A stretch of 35,266 nt of DNA from Pseudolysinimonas sp. (GTDB lineage: Bacteria > Actinomycetota > Actinomycetes > Actinomycetales > Microbacteriaceae), in NCBI GenBank assembly GCA_039932215.1, contig JBDTQN010000001.1:1-35266 (forward strand), in the 5' to 3' direction. Shown here one piece after another: positions 24,981-34,221 of the stretch. The position numbers were made by a program, and so were the translations under genes. The notes under the pieces are model-generated. The model had not been told where the DNA came from, ran no database searches, and was given only the letters and a program-made list of their open reading frames with translations. Each line of letters begins with the position of its first letter. The first letter of the stretch is position 1.

Positions 24981-25414
24981 CGCGGCTTCCCGGCTCGGGG
25001 GTGGTACCGCGCGCGTTCGCGCTCGCGGTGCTCGTCATCGTGACCGGGTTCCTCGTGTGGTGGGTCTCGACCGGCGCAAACGTGCTGGGGAACCCCCTCC
25101 CGTACGTGATCGAGGCGGGTGTCGTCGCCCTGGCCGTGCGCTCGCTGTTCGTCGGGGTGCTGTTCGACGGCGACGCCGTGCTGGTGCGTGCGTGGTTCCG
25201 CACCTACCGGTACGGGCCGGGTGAGCTGAAGCAGGTCGCGGCGCTTCCGTACTGGAAGTTCCTCGACCCGAAAGACCCGATCCTCTCGCTGCTGAAGTTC
25301 ACGCCCACGCAGGGCTGGGTGCGCGAGGTCGCGGCGACGGTGTCGTGGAAGGACCGCACCCTCGCCCAGGCGGTCGCGATCCGGCGCCACCTCGGCAGCG
25401 AGGACGCGGCGTGA
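24977..25414 (+). CDS. Hypothetical two-TM membrane protein embedded in the heme operon
   Basis: [30 protein letters not shown] and [20 protein letters not shown] helices are followed by a roughly 80-aa soluble tail. ATGA overlap with hemB and GTGA overlap with hemL. An alternative GTG start lies at 24968. Confidence 0.55.
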   Translation: MTRLPGSGVVPRAFALAVLVIVTGFLVWWVSTGANVLGNPLPYVIEAGVVALAVRSLFVGVLFDGDAVLVRAWFRTYRYGPGELKQVAALPYWKFLDPKDPILSLLKFTPTQGWVREVAATVSWKDRTLAQAVAIRRHLGSEDAA

Positions 25415-26760
25415 CCTCCAGCGGCGTGCCCACCAACGATGACGCCGCCCGCCGCGCCCGCGCGGTGATCCCGGGAGGCGTGAACTCGCCGGTGCGGGCG
25501 TACGGGTCGGTGGGCGGCACTCCGCGCTCGATCGCGAGCGCGCGGGGCGCCACCGTGACCGACGTCGAGGGGCGCGAGTACGTCGACCTGGTCATGTCGT
25601 GGGGCCCGGCGCTGCTCGGGCACGCCCACCCCGAGGTGGTCGAAGCCGTGCGGGCGGCGGCGGGTCGCGGGCTGTCGTTCGGGGCGCCGACGCCCGGTGA
25701 GACCGAGCTCGCCGAGCTGGTGCGCGAGCGGCTCTGCGTCGACGGAACCCGCGGCATCGAGAAGCTGCGGCTGGTGTCTACCGGTACCGAGGCGACGATG
25801 ACCGCGATCCGTCTGGCCCGCGGCGCGACCGGACGCGACCTGCTCATCAAGTTCGCCGGTCACTATCACGGCCACTCCGACGGTCTGCTCGCCGAGTCGG
25901 GGTCGGGGGTCGCGACCCTCGGCCTGCCGGGTTCGGCCGGCATCCCCGAGCGCGTTGCCGCGCAGACGCTCGTCCTCCCGTACAACGATCTGGATGCCGT
26001 CCGGGCCGCGTTCGCCGCGCACCCGGGCAAGGTGGCGGCCATCATCACCGAGGCGGCCGGCGCGAACGCTGGCGTGCTCACCCCGTCACGCGGTTTCAAC
26101 CGCGCCCTCGCCGGGCTCGCGAAAGAGAACGGTGCGCTGCTGATCCTCGACGAGGTGCTCACCGGATTCCGCGTGGGGCCGGCCGGCTGGTGGGGACTCG
26201 AGGCGAGCAAAGTCGTTCCCGACGGACTCGGCTGGACGCCTGACCTGGTCACGTTCGGAAAGGTGCTCGGGGGCGGGATGCCGCTCGCGGCGCTGGGCGG
26301 CCGCGCCGGCATCCTCGATCTGCTCGCCCCCGCGGGGCCGGTGTACCAGGCGGGCACGCTGAGCGGCAACCCGATCGCGGTCGCGGCGGGCATCGCCGCG
26401 CTGCGCCTCGCGACCCCCGAGGTGTACGCCCAGGTCGACCGCGCGGCCGACCGCCTCTCGGCGGAGGTGTCGTCGGCCCTGACCGCCGAGGGCGTCGCGC
26501 ACGTCATCTCGCGGGCCGGAAGCCTGTTCTCGCTCGCGTTCGGTGCCGCGCCGATCCGCGACTATGACGATGCGCGGGCGCAGGACGCGTGGCGCTATCC
26601 GCCGTTCTTCCACGCGATGCTCGACGCCGGGGTTTCGCTGCCGCCGTCGGTCTACGAGGCGTGGTTCCTGTCGGCGGCGCATGATGACGCGATGCTCGGG
26701 CGCATCATCGACGCCCTGCCCGCGGCGGCGCGGGCCGCGGCCGCCGCCCACCCGGCTTAG
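25411..26760 (+). CDS. hemL: Glutamate-1-semialdehyde 2,1-aminomutase
   Basis: [13 protein letters not shown]... is present. The PLP-Lys context is TFGKVLGGG. 449 aa. Confidence 0.9.
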   Translation: MTSSGVPTNDDAARRARAVIPGGVNSPVRAYGSVGGTPRSIASARGATVTDVEGREYVDLVMSWGPALLGHAHPEVVEAVRAAAGRGLSFGAPTPGETELAELVRERLCVDGTRGIEKLRLVSTGTEATMTAIRLARGATGRDLLIKFAGHYHGHSDGLLAESGSGVATLGLPGSAGIPERVAAQTLVLPYNDLDAVRAAFAAHPGKVAAIITEAAGANAGVLTPSRGFNRALAGLAKENGALLILDEVLTGFRVGPAGWWGLEASKVVPDGLGWTPDLVTFGKVLGGGMPLAALGGRAGILDLLAPAGPVYQAGTLSGNPIAVAAGIAALRLATPEVYAQVDRAADRLSAEVSSALTAEGVAHVISRAGSLFSLAFGAAPIRDYDDARAQDAWRYPPFFHAMLDAGVSLPPSVYEAWFLSAAHDDAMLGRIIDALPAAARAAAAAHPA

Positions 26761-27161
26761 CCGGCTGACGCTCCCAGGATCAGCAGCACGACGCCGATCA
26801 GCGGCGCGAGCCCCTGGATCAGGGCCGAGCGGGCCAGCTTCGGGTTCGAGCTGAGCAGCACGACCGCCGCGAGCACCATGCACAGCGGAGCGAAGATGGC
26901 GAGCGCAAAGCCGGCCTGAGCGACCCCGCTCGCGGCGATGAGCACCAGGCCCGTGGCGGTGCCGAGCGCGAGGAACAGGTTGTAGAAGCCCTGGTTGAAC
27001 GCCAGCGGTCGCATCAGCTCGGCGTCCTCGGCCGACCTCACGCCGAACACGCGGCGGGTCGACTCCTTCGACCACTGCACGCTCTCGAGCACGAAGATGT
27101 ACACGTGAATGAGCGCCGCGATGGCGGCGAACACGGTTCCGGCGATGACGAGTGCGTTCAT
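26757..27161 (-). CDS. DUF1304-family membrane protein
   Basis: [30 protein letters not shown] and [11 protein letters not shown] motifs. 134 aa. It lies 10 nt downstream of acuI. Confidence 0.7.
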   Translation of the reverse strand: MNALVIAGTVFAAIAALIHVYIFVLESVQWSKESTRRVFGVRSAEDAELMRPLAFNQGFYNLFLALGTATGLVLIAASGVAQAGFALAIFAPLCMVLAAVVLLSSNPKLARSALIQGLAPLIGVVLLILGASAG

Positions 27162-27171
27162 GCCCGCCAGG

Positions 27172-28107
27172 CTACGCCCGCACGTCGACGACGATGCGAC
27201 CTGTCGTCTTGCCGGCCAGCATCGATTCGGCGCTCGCAACCACGGCATCCAGGTCGATGGATGCCGTGAGCGAGTCGAGCAGGTCGAGATCGAGCCGCTC
27301 GTCGAGCAGCTTCCAGGCACGTTCGCGCTGTGCACGAGGCGTGAAGACGGAGTTGATGCCGACCAGCGACACCGCCCGCAGGATGAACGGCATCATGCTC
27401 GCCGGCACGTCGGTCGCCGACGCCAGACCGCATGCGGTGACGGTGCCGCCGTACCGGGTCTGGCTGAGCAGGTTCGAGAGGATCGTTCCGCCGACCGTGT
27501 CGATCGCGCCGGCCCAGCGTTCGCTCTGCAACGGCTTGCCGGGCTGCTCGAACTCGGCGCGGTCGAGGATCGTCGTGGCGCCCAGGCGGCGCAGGTACTC
27601 GTGTTGATCGGCCTTCCCGGTCACGGCGGCGACCGGGGTGCCTGCGGCGGCGAGCAGCATGATCGCGATCGAGCCGACCCCGCCGGTGGAACCCGTCACG
27701 ACGACCTCGCCGTCGCCGATGCACTCGAGCGCGAGCACGCTGAGCGCGGCCGTGTAGCCGGCGGTGCCGACCGCGGCGGCCTGCGCATCGGTGAACCGTG
27801 CCGGCACCGGAATCAGCCACTCCTCCGGAACGCGGGCGACCTCGGCGAGCCCGCCGTCGTGCGTCTCGCCCAGACCGCACCCGTTCACCAGCACGCGCTC
27901 GCCGTCGTCGCGGCGGGTGCCGACGAGGTCGATGCCGGCGATCAGCTTCTCGGCACGGATGACGCCGGGGCGGCCCGTGACCGCGAGCGCATCCTTGTAG
28001 TTGATCGACGAGTGCGTGACGTCGATCACGACCCCGTCGCCCACCCCGGATTCATCGAGCTCGACGACCTTCGCCTCTTCGCCCTTGACCACCTGCAACG
28101 CGCGCAT
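27172..28107 (-). CDS. acuI: YhdH/AcuI-type NADPH-dependent MDR oxidoreductase (acrylyl-CoA reductase family)
   Basis: MRALQV...VTHSSINYKDALAVTG... and GSTGGVGSIAIMLL cofactor motif. 311 aa. Confidence 0.8.
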   Translation of the reverse strand: MRALQVVKGEEAKVVELDESGVGDGVVIDVTHSSINYKDALAVTGRPGVIRAEKLIAGIDLVGTRRDDGERVLVNGCGLGETHDGGLAEVARVPEEWLIPVPARFTDAQAAAVGTAGYTAALSVLALECIGDGEVVVTGSTGGVGSIAIMLLAAAGTPVAAVTGKADQHEYLRRLGATTILDRAEFEQPGKPLQSERWAGAIDTVGGTILSNLLSQTRYGGTVTACGLASATDVPASMMPFILRAVSLVGINSVFTPRAQRERAWKLLDERLDLDLLDSLTASIDLDAVVASAESMLAGKTTGRIVVDVRA

Positions 28108-28133
28108 GCACCCATCTAGCCACGAAACGGCGT

Positions 28134-28169
28134 GAATGGTGGGTGCGAATCGGGACGCACCCGCCATTC
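28134..28169 (-). terminator. Hairpin between pfkA and acuI
   Basis: 14-bp arms GAATGGTGGGTGCG and CGCACCCGCCATTC (one G-U) with an 8-nt loop. On the minus-strand RNA it is followed by ACGCCGUUUCG. Confidence 0.45.
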
Positions 28170-28198
28170 GCGCCGTCTCGGCACCACGCCGCCGCGCG

Positions 28199-29233
28199 CT
28201 ACCCGAAGAGGACGGCGGCCTCGTCGTAGCGGGATTGGGGGACGACCTTCAGGCGGCCCAGGGCGTCTTCGAAGGGGACGTTGACGATCTGGGTGCCGCG
28301 CAGGGCGACCATGCGACCCCAGTGCTTCGCGCGGATCGACTCGATCGCGGCCATGCCGTAGCGGGTGGCGAGCACCCGGTCGTACGCGGTCGGGGTTCCG
28401 CCTCGCTGGATGTGACCCAACGTGGTCGAGCGGGTCTCGATGCCGGTGCGCTGCTCGATCTCGGGTGCCAGCTGGTCGCCGATGCCGCCGAGGCGCGGCC
28501 GGCCGAAGGCGTCGAGCCCGCGTTCGGAGTGCGCATCGTCCATGGTGTCGAGCTTGAAGCCCTCGGCGACGGCGATCAGCGGCGCGCGTCCCCGGTCGCG
28601 GGCACCCTCGACCCATTCGCAGATCTGCTCGATCGAGGTGCGCTGCTCGGGGATCAGGATCGCGTGGGCGCCGGCCGCCATGCCCGAGTGCAGCGCGATC
28701 CAGCCGACGTGCCGGCCCATCACCTCGGCGACCATGCAGCGCCCGTGGGAGTCGCCGGTGGTGCGCAACCGGTCCATGGCATCCGTCGCGATCTGCACGG
28801 CGGTGTCGAAGCCGAACGTGTAATCGGTGGCCGAGAGGTCGTTGTCGATGGTCTTCGGCACGCCGACGATCTTGATGCCGGCGTCGGTGAGGCGCTTCGC
28901 CGCGGCGAGCGTGCCTTCGCCACCGATCGCGATCAGCGAGTCAACGCCCTTTTCTGCCATGACCTCGGCGATGCGTTCCGGACCGCCGCCGTTCTCGAAC
29001 GGGTTGGTGCGCGAGGTGCCCAGGATGGTGCCGCCCTGCTTCGAGATGCCCATCACCTGGGGGCGGCCGAGGGGCATGGTGTCGCCCTCGACGAGGCCCT
29101 TCCAGCCGTTGCGGAAGCCGACGAATTCCATGTCGTGCAGCTTGCTGCCGGTGAACACGGCCGCGCGGATCACCGCGTTCAGGCCGGGGCAGTCTCCGCC
29201 GCTTGTCAGGATGCCGATACTCATCGCGTCCAT
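28199..29233 (-). CDS. pfkA: 6-phosphofructokinase
   Basis: MSIGILTSGGDCPGLNAVIRAAV..., IGGEGTL and PKTIDND motifs. The start is either 29233 (MDAMSIG) or 29224. Confidence 0.9.
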   Translation of the reverse strand: MDAMSIGILTSGGDCPGLNAVIRAAVFTGSKLHDMEFVGFRNGWKGLVEGDTMPLGRPQVMGISKQGGTILGTSRTNPFENGGGPERIAEVMAEKGVDSLIAIGGEGTLAAAKRLTDAGIKIVGVPKTIDNDLSATDYTFGFDTAVQIATDAMDRLRTTGDSHGRCMVAEVMGRHVGWIALHSGMAAGAHAILIPEQRTSIEQICEWVEGARDRGRAPLIAVAEGFKLDTMDDAHSERGLDAFGRPRLGGIGDQLAPEIEQRTGIETRSTTLGHIQRGGTPTAYDRVLATRYGMAAIESIRAKHWGRMVALRGTQIVNVPFEDALGRLKVVPQSRYDEAAVLFG

Positions 29234-29352
29234 TCTGGCCCATAGCGCGCGGCGTACCTCACTGGCAAGCCAGTCGCGCTGTGACCCCGGTCGTCGCTAG
29301 AGTCTGGACGGTGCCCGACCTGGCGGCGCCACTCTCGACTCCAAGGAGAAAA

Positions 29353-29655
29353 ATGACCACCCCCGCTCCCATGCCCGCCGCGGCCGCACCCGTCGTCCCC
29401 GGCAAGACCCTCGGTATCGTCGCGCTGATCCTGGCGATCGTTGCCGCTCCCGTCGGCGCGATCCTCGGATTCGTCGCCAAGGCGCAGTCAAAGCCCGCCG
29501 GCGTCAAGAACACGCCGGCGACCGCCGCGATCGTCATCGGCATCATCCTGACCGTCCTCTGGATCTTCCTGTTCATCGTCCTGCCGGCGATCATCCTGGC
29601 TGCGGGTGGCGGCGTGTGCACGGTCACCATCGACGGGGTGTCGCAGCCCTGCTGA
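29353..29655 (+). CDS. Small DUF4190-like membrane protein
   Basis: AAGGAG lies 7 nt upstream of the ATG. There is a Pro/Ala-rich head, then two TM helices (LGIVALILAIVAAPVGAILGFVA; AAIVIGIILTVLWIFLFIVLPAIILAA). A candidate -10 TAGAGT lies at 29298-29303. Confidence 0.6.
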   Translation: MTTPAPMPAAAAPVVPGKTLGIVALILAIVAAPVGAILGFVAKAQSKPAGVKNTPATAAIVIGIILTVLWIFLFIVLPAIILAAGGGVCTVTIDGVSQPC

Positions 29656-29663
29656 CGCATGAC

Positions 29664-29703
29664 TAGAGAGCCGGGGTCGACGATGGAGTCGGCCCCGGCT
29701 CTC
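29664..29703 (+). terminator. Strong hairpin after the small membrane-protein gene
   Basis: Perfect 12-bp arms AGAGAGCCGGGG (29664-29675) and CCCCGGCTCTCT (29692-29703). It lies inside the 5' extension of ORF 29659..30645, which argues that the glycosylase starts downstream. Confidence 0.55.
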
Positions 29704-29736
29704 TGCGTGTCCGGGCGCGGCGTTAGGGTGGCGACG

Positions 29737-30645
29737 ATGATGCCGCTCACCACCACCTACCGCCCGCGCGGCGAGGTGTCGCTGCGGCTGACGCTCGGGC
29801 CGCTCGCCCAGGGGCGCTCCGATCCGACCTTCCAGCGTGATGCGTCGGGCATCTGGATGACGATGGCGACCCCCGCGGGAGCCGCCACCCTGCTGCTGCG
29901 TGCGATTGCCTCCGTGATCGACGCGACCGCGTGGGGACCCGGCGCCGACCACGCTCTGGCGCAGGTGCCCGACCTGTGCGGCGACGCCGACGACGACGCA
30001 GGATTCGATCCGTCGCTGCACCCCGTCGTCGCGGAGCTGCACCACCGCACCCCCGGCCTGCGCCTGACGCGCGCCCGCCGCATCCTCCCGTTCCTCGTCC
30101 CGACGATCCTCGGCCAGAAGGTCACCGGCATCGAGCAGAAGCGCGCCTGGCGCGAGCTGGTGTCCCGCCACGGAGAGCCGGCGCCCGGTCCCGCGCCGTC
30201 CGGCATGCGGGTGGCTCCGCCCGCGTCGGTGTGGCGCCGCATCCCGTCGTGGGAGTGGCATCGCGCCGGTGTCGGGCCGCAGCGCTCCGACACGGTGATG
30301 CGAGTGGTCGCGGTGGGCGATTCGCTCGAGCGGGCGGTGGGCGTGGATGCCGCGGAGGCGTCGCGACGGCTGCGGACGATTCCGGGGGTCGGGGTGTGGA
30401 CGGCGCACGAGGTCGTGCAGCGATCGCACGGAGACGCGGACTCGGTGAGCGTGGGAGATTTCCACGTCTCGAAGCGGGTGGGGTGGGCGCTGGCCGGCGA
30501 GCGGGTCGACGACGATGGCATGCTCGAACTGCTCGCGCCGTGGGCCGGTCACCGTCAACGTGTGGTGCGCCTGATCGAGGCGGCGGGGATCGGATACGAG
30601 CGGCACGGGGCACGCATGACGATCGTCGACAACAGGGGGCGCTGA
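29737..30645 (+). CDS. DNA-3-methyladenine glycosylase II family protein (AlkA-like, HhH-GPD)
   Basis: LVPTILGQKVTGIEQKRAW is present. The helix-hairpin-helix is LRTIPGVGVWTAHEV, followed by the Asp-containing VGDFHV. An alternative start is GTG at 29728. Confidence 0.75.
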   Translation: MMPLTTTYRPRGEVSLRLTLGPLAQGRSDPTFQRDASGIWMTMATPAGAATLLLRAIASVIDATAWGPGADHALAQVPDLCGDADDDAGFDPSLHPVVAELHHRTPGLRLTRARRILPFLVPTILGQKVTGIEQKRAWRELVSRHGEPAPGPAPSGMRVAPPASVWRRIPSWEWHRAGVGPQRSDTVMRVVAVGDSLERAVGVDAAEASRRLRTIPGVGVWTAHEVVQRSHGDADSVSVGDFHVSKRVGWALAGERVDDDGMLELLAPWAGHRQRVVRLIEAAGIGYERHGARMTIVDNRGR

Positions 30646-31217
30646 TGGACCTGATCCGGCGGTATCTGCGAATGTTCCGCATCCAGCTCGCCGCTCGCCG
30701 CGGTCGGCGCATCGGCCTGCACGACGTCGCGACGCGACGCGAGCGGGTGTGGCCGACCGACATCGACGAGCTGCGGCACATGAACAACAGCGTGTACCTC
30801 GGGCTGCTCGACCATGCCCGACTCGACCTGCTGTTGCGATCGGGTGCGTGGGCGGCGATCCGCGCAGCCGGTATCTACCCGGTGGTGACCACGCAGACCA
30901 TCAGCTACCGCAAGTCGCTTGAGCTCGGGGACCGCTACGAGATCGAGACGCGAATCGCCGGATACGACGAGCGGCAGGTCTACATCGAGCAGCGGTTCGT
31001 GCGTGCGGGTGAGGTGACGGCGGTCGCCTACGTCGCCGGCCGGTTCCTGCGCGACCGTTCCACCGCCGGGCGCACCGGAGTGGTCACGATGGCCGAGCTC
31101 GGAGAGGTGACCGGCGTCGATGTGGCGGCACGCCCCATCCCGGCCTGGATGTCTGCCTGGGCGCAGGCGACGCGGCTCCCGAGCACTCGGGAGCCCGCGC
31201 CGAGCGAGTGGGACTAG
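30645..31217 (+). CDS. Hotdog-fold acyl-CoA thioesterase (4HBT/YbgC-like)
   Basis: WPTDIDELRHMNNSVYLGLLDHAR is the typical hotdog thioesterase N-terminal motif. TGATG junction with the preceding gene. Confidence 0.75.
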   Translation: MDLIRRYLRMFRIQLAARRGRRIGLHDVATRRERVWPTDIDELRHMNNSVYLGLLDHARLDLLLRSGAWAAIRAAGIYPVVTTQTISYRKSLELGDRYEIETRIAGYDERQVYIEQRFVRAGEVTAVAYVAGRFLRDRSTAGRTGVVTMAELGEVTGVDVAARPIPAWMSAWAQATRLPSTREPAPSEWD

Positions 31218-31633
31218 CCGATCGTCACCTGCGTGAGGTTCGCCGGGTCGAACCGCACCGGCAGAGTCTTGCCGACCTGCCAGTTGCCGAGCGCCGCGGC
31301 AGAGATCATCTGACGGTGCACCACCTGGAACGGCGGCTGCGAGTCTGAGACCACGTCGAAGGTGACGTCGTAGATCGACGCCTCCTGAAACTTCTCACCC
31401 GTGTCGACCAGTTTCGCCACCGTGCCGGTGCCTCGGGTGGCTGCCGCCATGCCCTGCATGTTGTCGAACGGGTTGAAGCTCTGCCCGTTCACTCCCTGCG
31501 GCACGCCGGCGGCCTGCATCGCCTTCGCGGCCTCCGCGGCGTCGGCGGCCATGCCGATGCCCTGCACGACGCCCGGCCGCTTGTTGTCTTTGGTCGCATC
31601 AAAGATGCGGCCCACGTCGTCGAAGACGCCCAT
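31214..31633 (-). CDS. Hypothetical small protein, paralog 2 (GxFD head, Met/Ala/Gln-rich linker, beta-rich C-terminal domain)
   Basis: GGAGGAG lies 3 nt upstream of the ATG. It reads MGVFDDVGRIFD...AAKAMQAAG...DNMQGMAAA...GKTLPVRFDPANLTQVTIG. It shares its architecture with the upstream gene. Confidence 0.6.
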   Translation of the reverse strand: MGVFDDVGRIFDATKDNKRPGVVQGIGMAADAAEAAKAMQAAGVPQGVNGQSFNPFDNMQGMAAATRGTGTVAKLVDTGEKFQEASIYDVTFDVVSDSQPPFQVVHRQMISAAALGNWQVGKTLPVRFDPANLTQVTIG

Positions 31634-31641
31634 GACTCCTC

Positions 31642-32082
31642 CTATTTGAAGGGCTTGTCGCCGAAGGCGACCTTGTTCTTGTCGGCCGGGTCGATGCGCC
31701 CGTCCATGGTGGTGCCGTCGGCGTAGCCGCTGATCACCTGGGAGGGGATGATCTCCTCCTTCTTGACGGTGTACGCCTTGCCGCCGTCGGGAGTCACCTC
31801 CAGCTCGAGCAGGTAGGTGTCGTTGCTGGCGACCTTCCTGCCGAGGTCGGTCTTGCCCTTGATGGTGATCTTGGCTTTGTCGCCGACCGTCAGGATGCGG
31901 TTCTGCTCGTCGGCCTGCGCCATCAAGGCGGCCTGGTCGGCCTGCATCGCGCCCATGTTGCCGACCTGTTCGCCCATGGTCGCGCCGTAGCCCGACTCGG
32001 CCATCAGCTTGTCGGCCATCGCCTGCGCGTCGGCGGCCTGTTTCGCCCAGTCGCCGCCCGCTGCGTCGAATGCTCCCATCAT
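31642..32082 (-). CDS. Hypothetical small protein, paralog 1 (GxFD head, Met/Ala/Gln-rich linker, beta-rich C-terminal domain)
   Basis: AAGGGAG lies upstream of the ATG. It reads MMGAFDAAGGDW...AMADKLMAESGYGATMGEQVGNMGAMQADQAALMAQ...GTTMDGRIDPADKNKVAF. Confidence 0.6.
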   Translation of the reverse strand: MMGAFDAAGGDWAKQAADAQAMADKLMAESGYGATMGEQVGNMGAMQADQAALMAQADEQNRILTVGDKAKITIKGKTDLGRKVASNDTYLLELEVTPDGGKAYTVKKEEIIPSQVISGYADGTTMDGRIDPADKNKVAFGDKPFK

Positions 32083-32109
32083 GTGCTCCCTTGCTCGGTG
32101 GCAGCCAGA

Positions 32110-33663
32110 CTAGTGCGAGCCTTCGAGCACCGCCATGGCCGCGTTGTGGCCTCCGAGCCCGCTGACGGCGCCGCCGCGCACGGCACCCGAGCCGCACAGC
32201 AGGATTCCGTCGTGCGCGGTCGCGACGCCCCACCGAGCGGCAGGTGTCGACAGGTCGGCGTCGTCCTCGGCGAACGGCCACGACAGCGGACCGTGGAAGA
32301 TGTTGCCCCCGGGCATGTGCAGCGCGTGCTCGATGTCGAGCGTGGTCTTCGTCTCGACGCACGGGTTGCCGTCACCATCGGTGAGCAGCACGTCGGCCAG
32401 GGGCTCGGCGAGCACGGCGTCGAGCGACGCGAACACGGCGGCCTGCAGCTCGGCGCGCCGGGCGTCGTTGGTCTGCTCGGTGACGAGGCGGTCGGGCGCG
32501 TGCAGCCCGAACACCGTCAGAGTGTGCGCGCCCGAGGCGCGCAACTCGGGGCTCAGGATGCTGGGGTCGGTCAGCGAGTGGCAATAGATCTCCACGGGCA
32601 GCGGGCTCGGGATGCCGCCGCCGGCCGCCGCGTCGTAGGCCCGGTCGAGTGCGGCCCAGCCCTCGTTCGCATGGAAGGTCCCTCCGAATGCCGCCGCGGC
32701 ATCCAATGCGGTGTCGCGCAGCCGCGGCAGGCGCTTCAGCAGCAGGTTCACCTTGACCTGCGCGCCCTCCGGCTTCGCGGGAGGGGTCTCACCCAGCAGC
32801 CGCGCCAGCTCGTAGGGAGCGACGTTCGCCAGCACCGTGCCCGCATGGATGGTGCGGTCGCCGACGGTCACGTCGCCGTCGGGGGTGATCGCGGTCACCT
32901 CGGCGTCGCGCACCAGCGTCGCACCCGCGTCGACCGCTGCCCGCCACAGTGCACCGCTGACGGCGCCCATGCCGCCGACGGGCACGTCCCAGTCGCCGGT
33001 GCCGCCGCCGATCACGTGGTACAGGAAGCAGCGGTTGCCCGCGAGGGTGTCGTCGACGTTGGGCGCGAAGGTGCCGATGAGTGCATCGGTGAGCACGACC
33101 CCACGCACGAGGTCGTCGGCGAAGTCACGCGCGATGGCGGTGCCGATCGGGTTCTCGATCAAGTCGTTCCAGAGCGCGTCGTCGCCGACGAGGCGGCGCA
33201 CCTCGGAACGCGTCGCGAGCGGTTCGGTCACGGTCGGAAAGAGTGCCTTGGCCGCGCGATCGGTGCCCGCATAGAAGCGGTCCCAGGCCGCGGCATCCTG
33301 TTTCGCCCCGACCGCGGCGAATGACGCAGCGGTGGCCGCGGGGTCGCCGGTGTCGACCAACAGCCCGGTGTCAGTGCCGGGCAGCGGCGTGTACGACGAG
33401 TACCGGCGCCGGGCGAGCCGGATGTCGAGCTTCAGGTCGCGGATGATCGCCTGCGGCAGCAGGCTGACCAGATACGAGTAGCGCGAGAGCCGCGCATCGA
33501 CGCCGGGGAACGCGGGGGCCGAGACGGCGGCCCCGCCGAAGGCGTCGAGGCGCTCGAGCAGGACGACACTCTTGCCGGCGGCGGCCAGGTATGCAGCGGC
33601 GGTGAGCCCGTTGTGGCCTCCGCCGACGACGACGACGTCGGCCCGGTCGGGAAGGACGCTCAC
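32110..33663 (-). CDS. CrtI/phytoene-desaturase-family NAD(P)/FAD-dependent oxidoreductase
   Basis: (V)SVLPDRADVVVVGGGHNGLTAAAYLAAAGKSVVLLERLDAFGGAA dinucleotide fold. 517 aa. Its GTG start overlaps the MarR stop (GTGA). Confidence 0.8.
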   Translation of the reverse strand: MSVLPDRADVVVVGGGHNGLTAAAYLAAAGKSVVLLERLDAFGGAAVSAPAFPGVDARLSRYSYLVSLLPQAIIRDLKLDIRLARRRYSSYTPLPGTDTGLLVDTGDPAATAASFAAVGAKQDAAAWDRFYAGTDRAAKALFPTVTEPLATRSEVRRLVGDDALWNDLIENPIGTAIARDFADDLVRGVVLTDALIGTFAPNVDDTLAGNRCFLYHVIGGGTGDWDVPVGGMGAVSGALWRAAVDAGATLVRDAEVTAITPDGDVTVGDRTIHAGTVLANVAPYELARLLGETPPAKPEGAQVKVNLLLKRLPRLRDTALDAAAAFGGTFHANEGWAALDRAYDAAAGGGIPSPLPVEIYCHSLTDPSILSPELRASGAHTLTVFGLHAPDRLVTEQTNDARRAELQAAVFASLDAVLAEPLADVLLTDGDGNPCVETKTTLDIEHALHMPGGNIFHGPLSWPFAEDDADLSTPAARWGVATAHDGILLCGSGAVRGGAVSGLGGHNAAMAVLEGSH

Positions 33664-34205
33664 GCGGCCGGGACGGTGGCGCGGGCCTCGTCGGCGACGA
33701 TCTCGCACGCCTCGGGATTCATCGCGTCGAGGATGCGCCGTGACGCGGTACCGAGGGCGGCCTTCTCGGGCTCGTGCAGCTGATCGAAGAACAGGGCGCG
33801 GATCTTGGCCGCGTGGTCGGCGCTCGCGTCGCGCAGCACACGGCGGCCTTCGTCGGTGAGCCCGACCCAGGTGCCGCGGCCGTCGGTGGCGCAGTCGGTG
33901 CGCTCGACCAGGTCGCGCGCCTCCATGCGGGTGACCTGGTGCGAGACCCGGCTCTTCTCCCACGCCAGCAGTTCGGCGAGCTCGCCCGTGCGCAGCTGCT
34001 GCTGCGGACGCTCGGAGAGCATGATCAGCACGCTGAAATCGGCTTGCGAGATGCCGGCGTCGCGCTGCAGCTGGCGGTCGAGCTCGCGCGCGAGGTGGCG
34101 GTGCATGGTCACGAACTCGCGCCAGAGCTGCCAATCCTGCTCGTTGACATCGAGAACCGGCGACATGTCATCCATGTTAGCGACCGCATTTGGTTGACGT
34201 GTCAT
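33660..34205 (-). CDS. MarR-family transcriptional regulator
   Basis: FSVLIMLSERPQQQLRTGELAELLAWEKSRVSHQVTRMEARDLVER...DGRGTWVGLTDEGR is the canonical MarR wHTH. The start is 34205 or 34175. Confidence 0.85.
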   Translation of the reverse strand: MTRQPNAVANMDDMSPVLDVNEQDWQLWREFVTMHRHLARELDRQLQRDAGISQADFSVLIMLSERPQQQLRTGELAELLAWEKSRVSHQVTRMEARDLVERTDCATDGRGTWVGLTDEGRRVLRDASADHAAKIRALFFDQLHEPEKAALGTASRRILDAMNPEACEIVADEARATVPAA

Positions 34206-34221
34206 AGACTATGGATAAGGT
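34194..34221 (+). promoter_or_regulatory. Candidate promoter of the FMN reductase gene with GGTTGAC direct repeats (possible MarR site)
   Basis: -35 TTGACG (34194-34199), a 16-nt spacer, then -10 TAAGGT (34216-21). GGTTGAC occurs at 34192-98 and 34219-25. TGAC-GT-GTCA is a small palindrome. GAAGGAG lies upstream of the ATG at 34256. Confidence 0.35.

Noticed and set aside
29659-29736. An upstream ATG start for the AlkA-like glycosylase
   Set aside because: This stretch contains a perfect 12-bp-stem hairpin that looks like the terminator of the preceding gene. The conserved protein begins near MMPLTT (29737).
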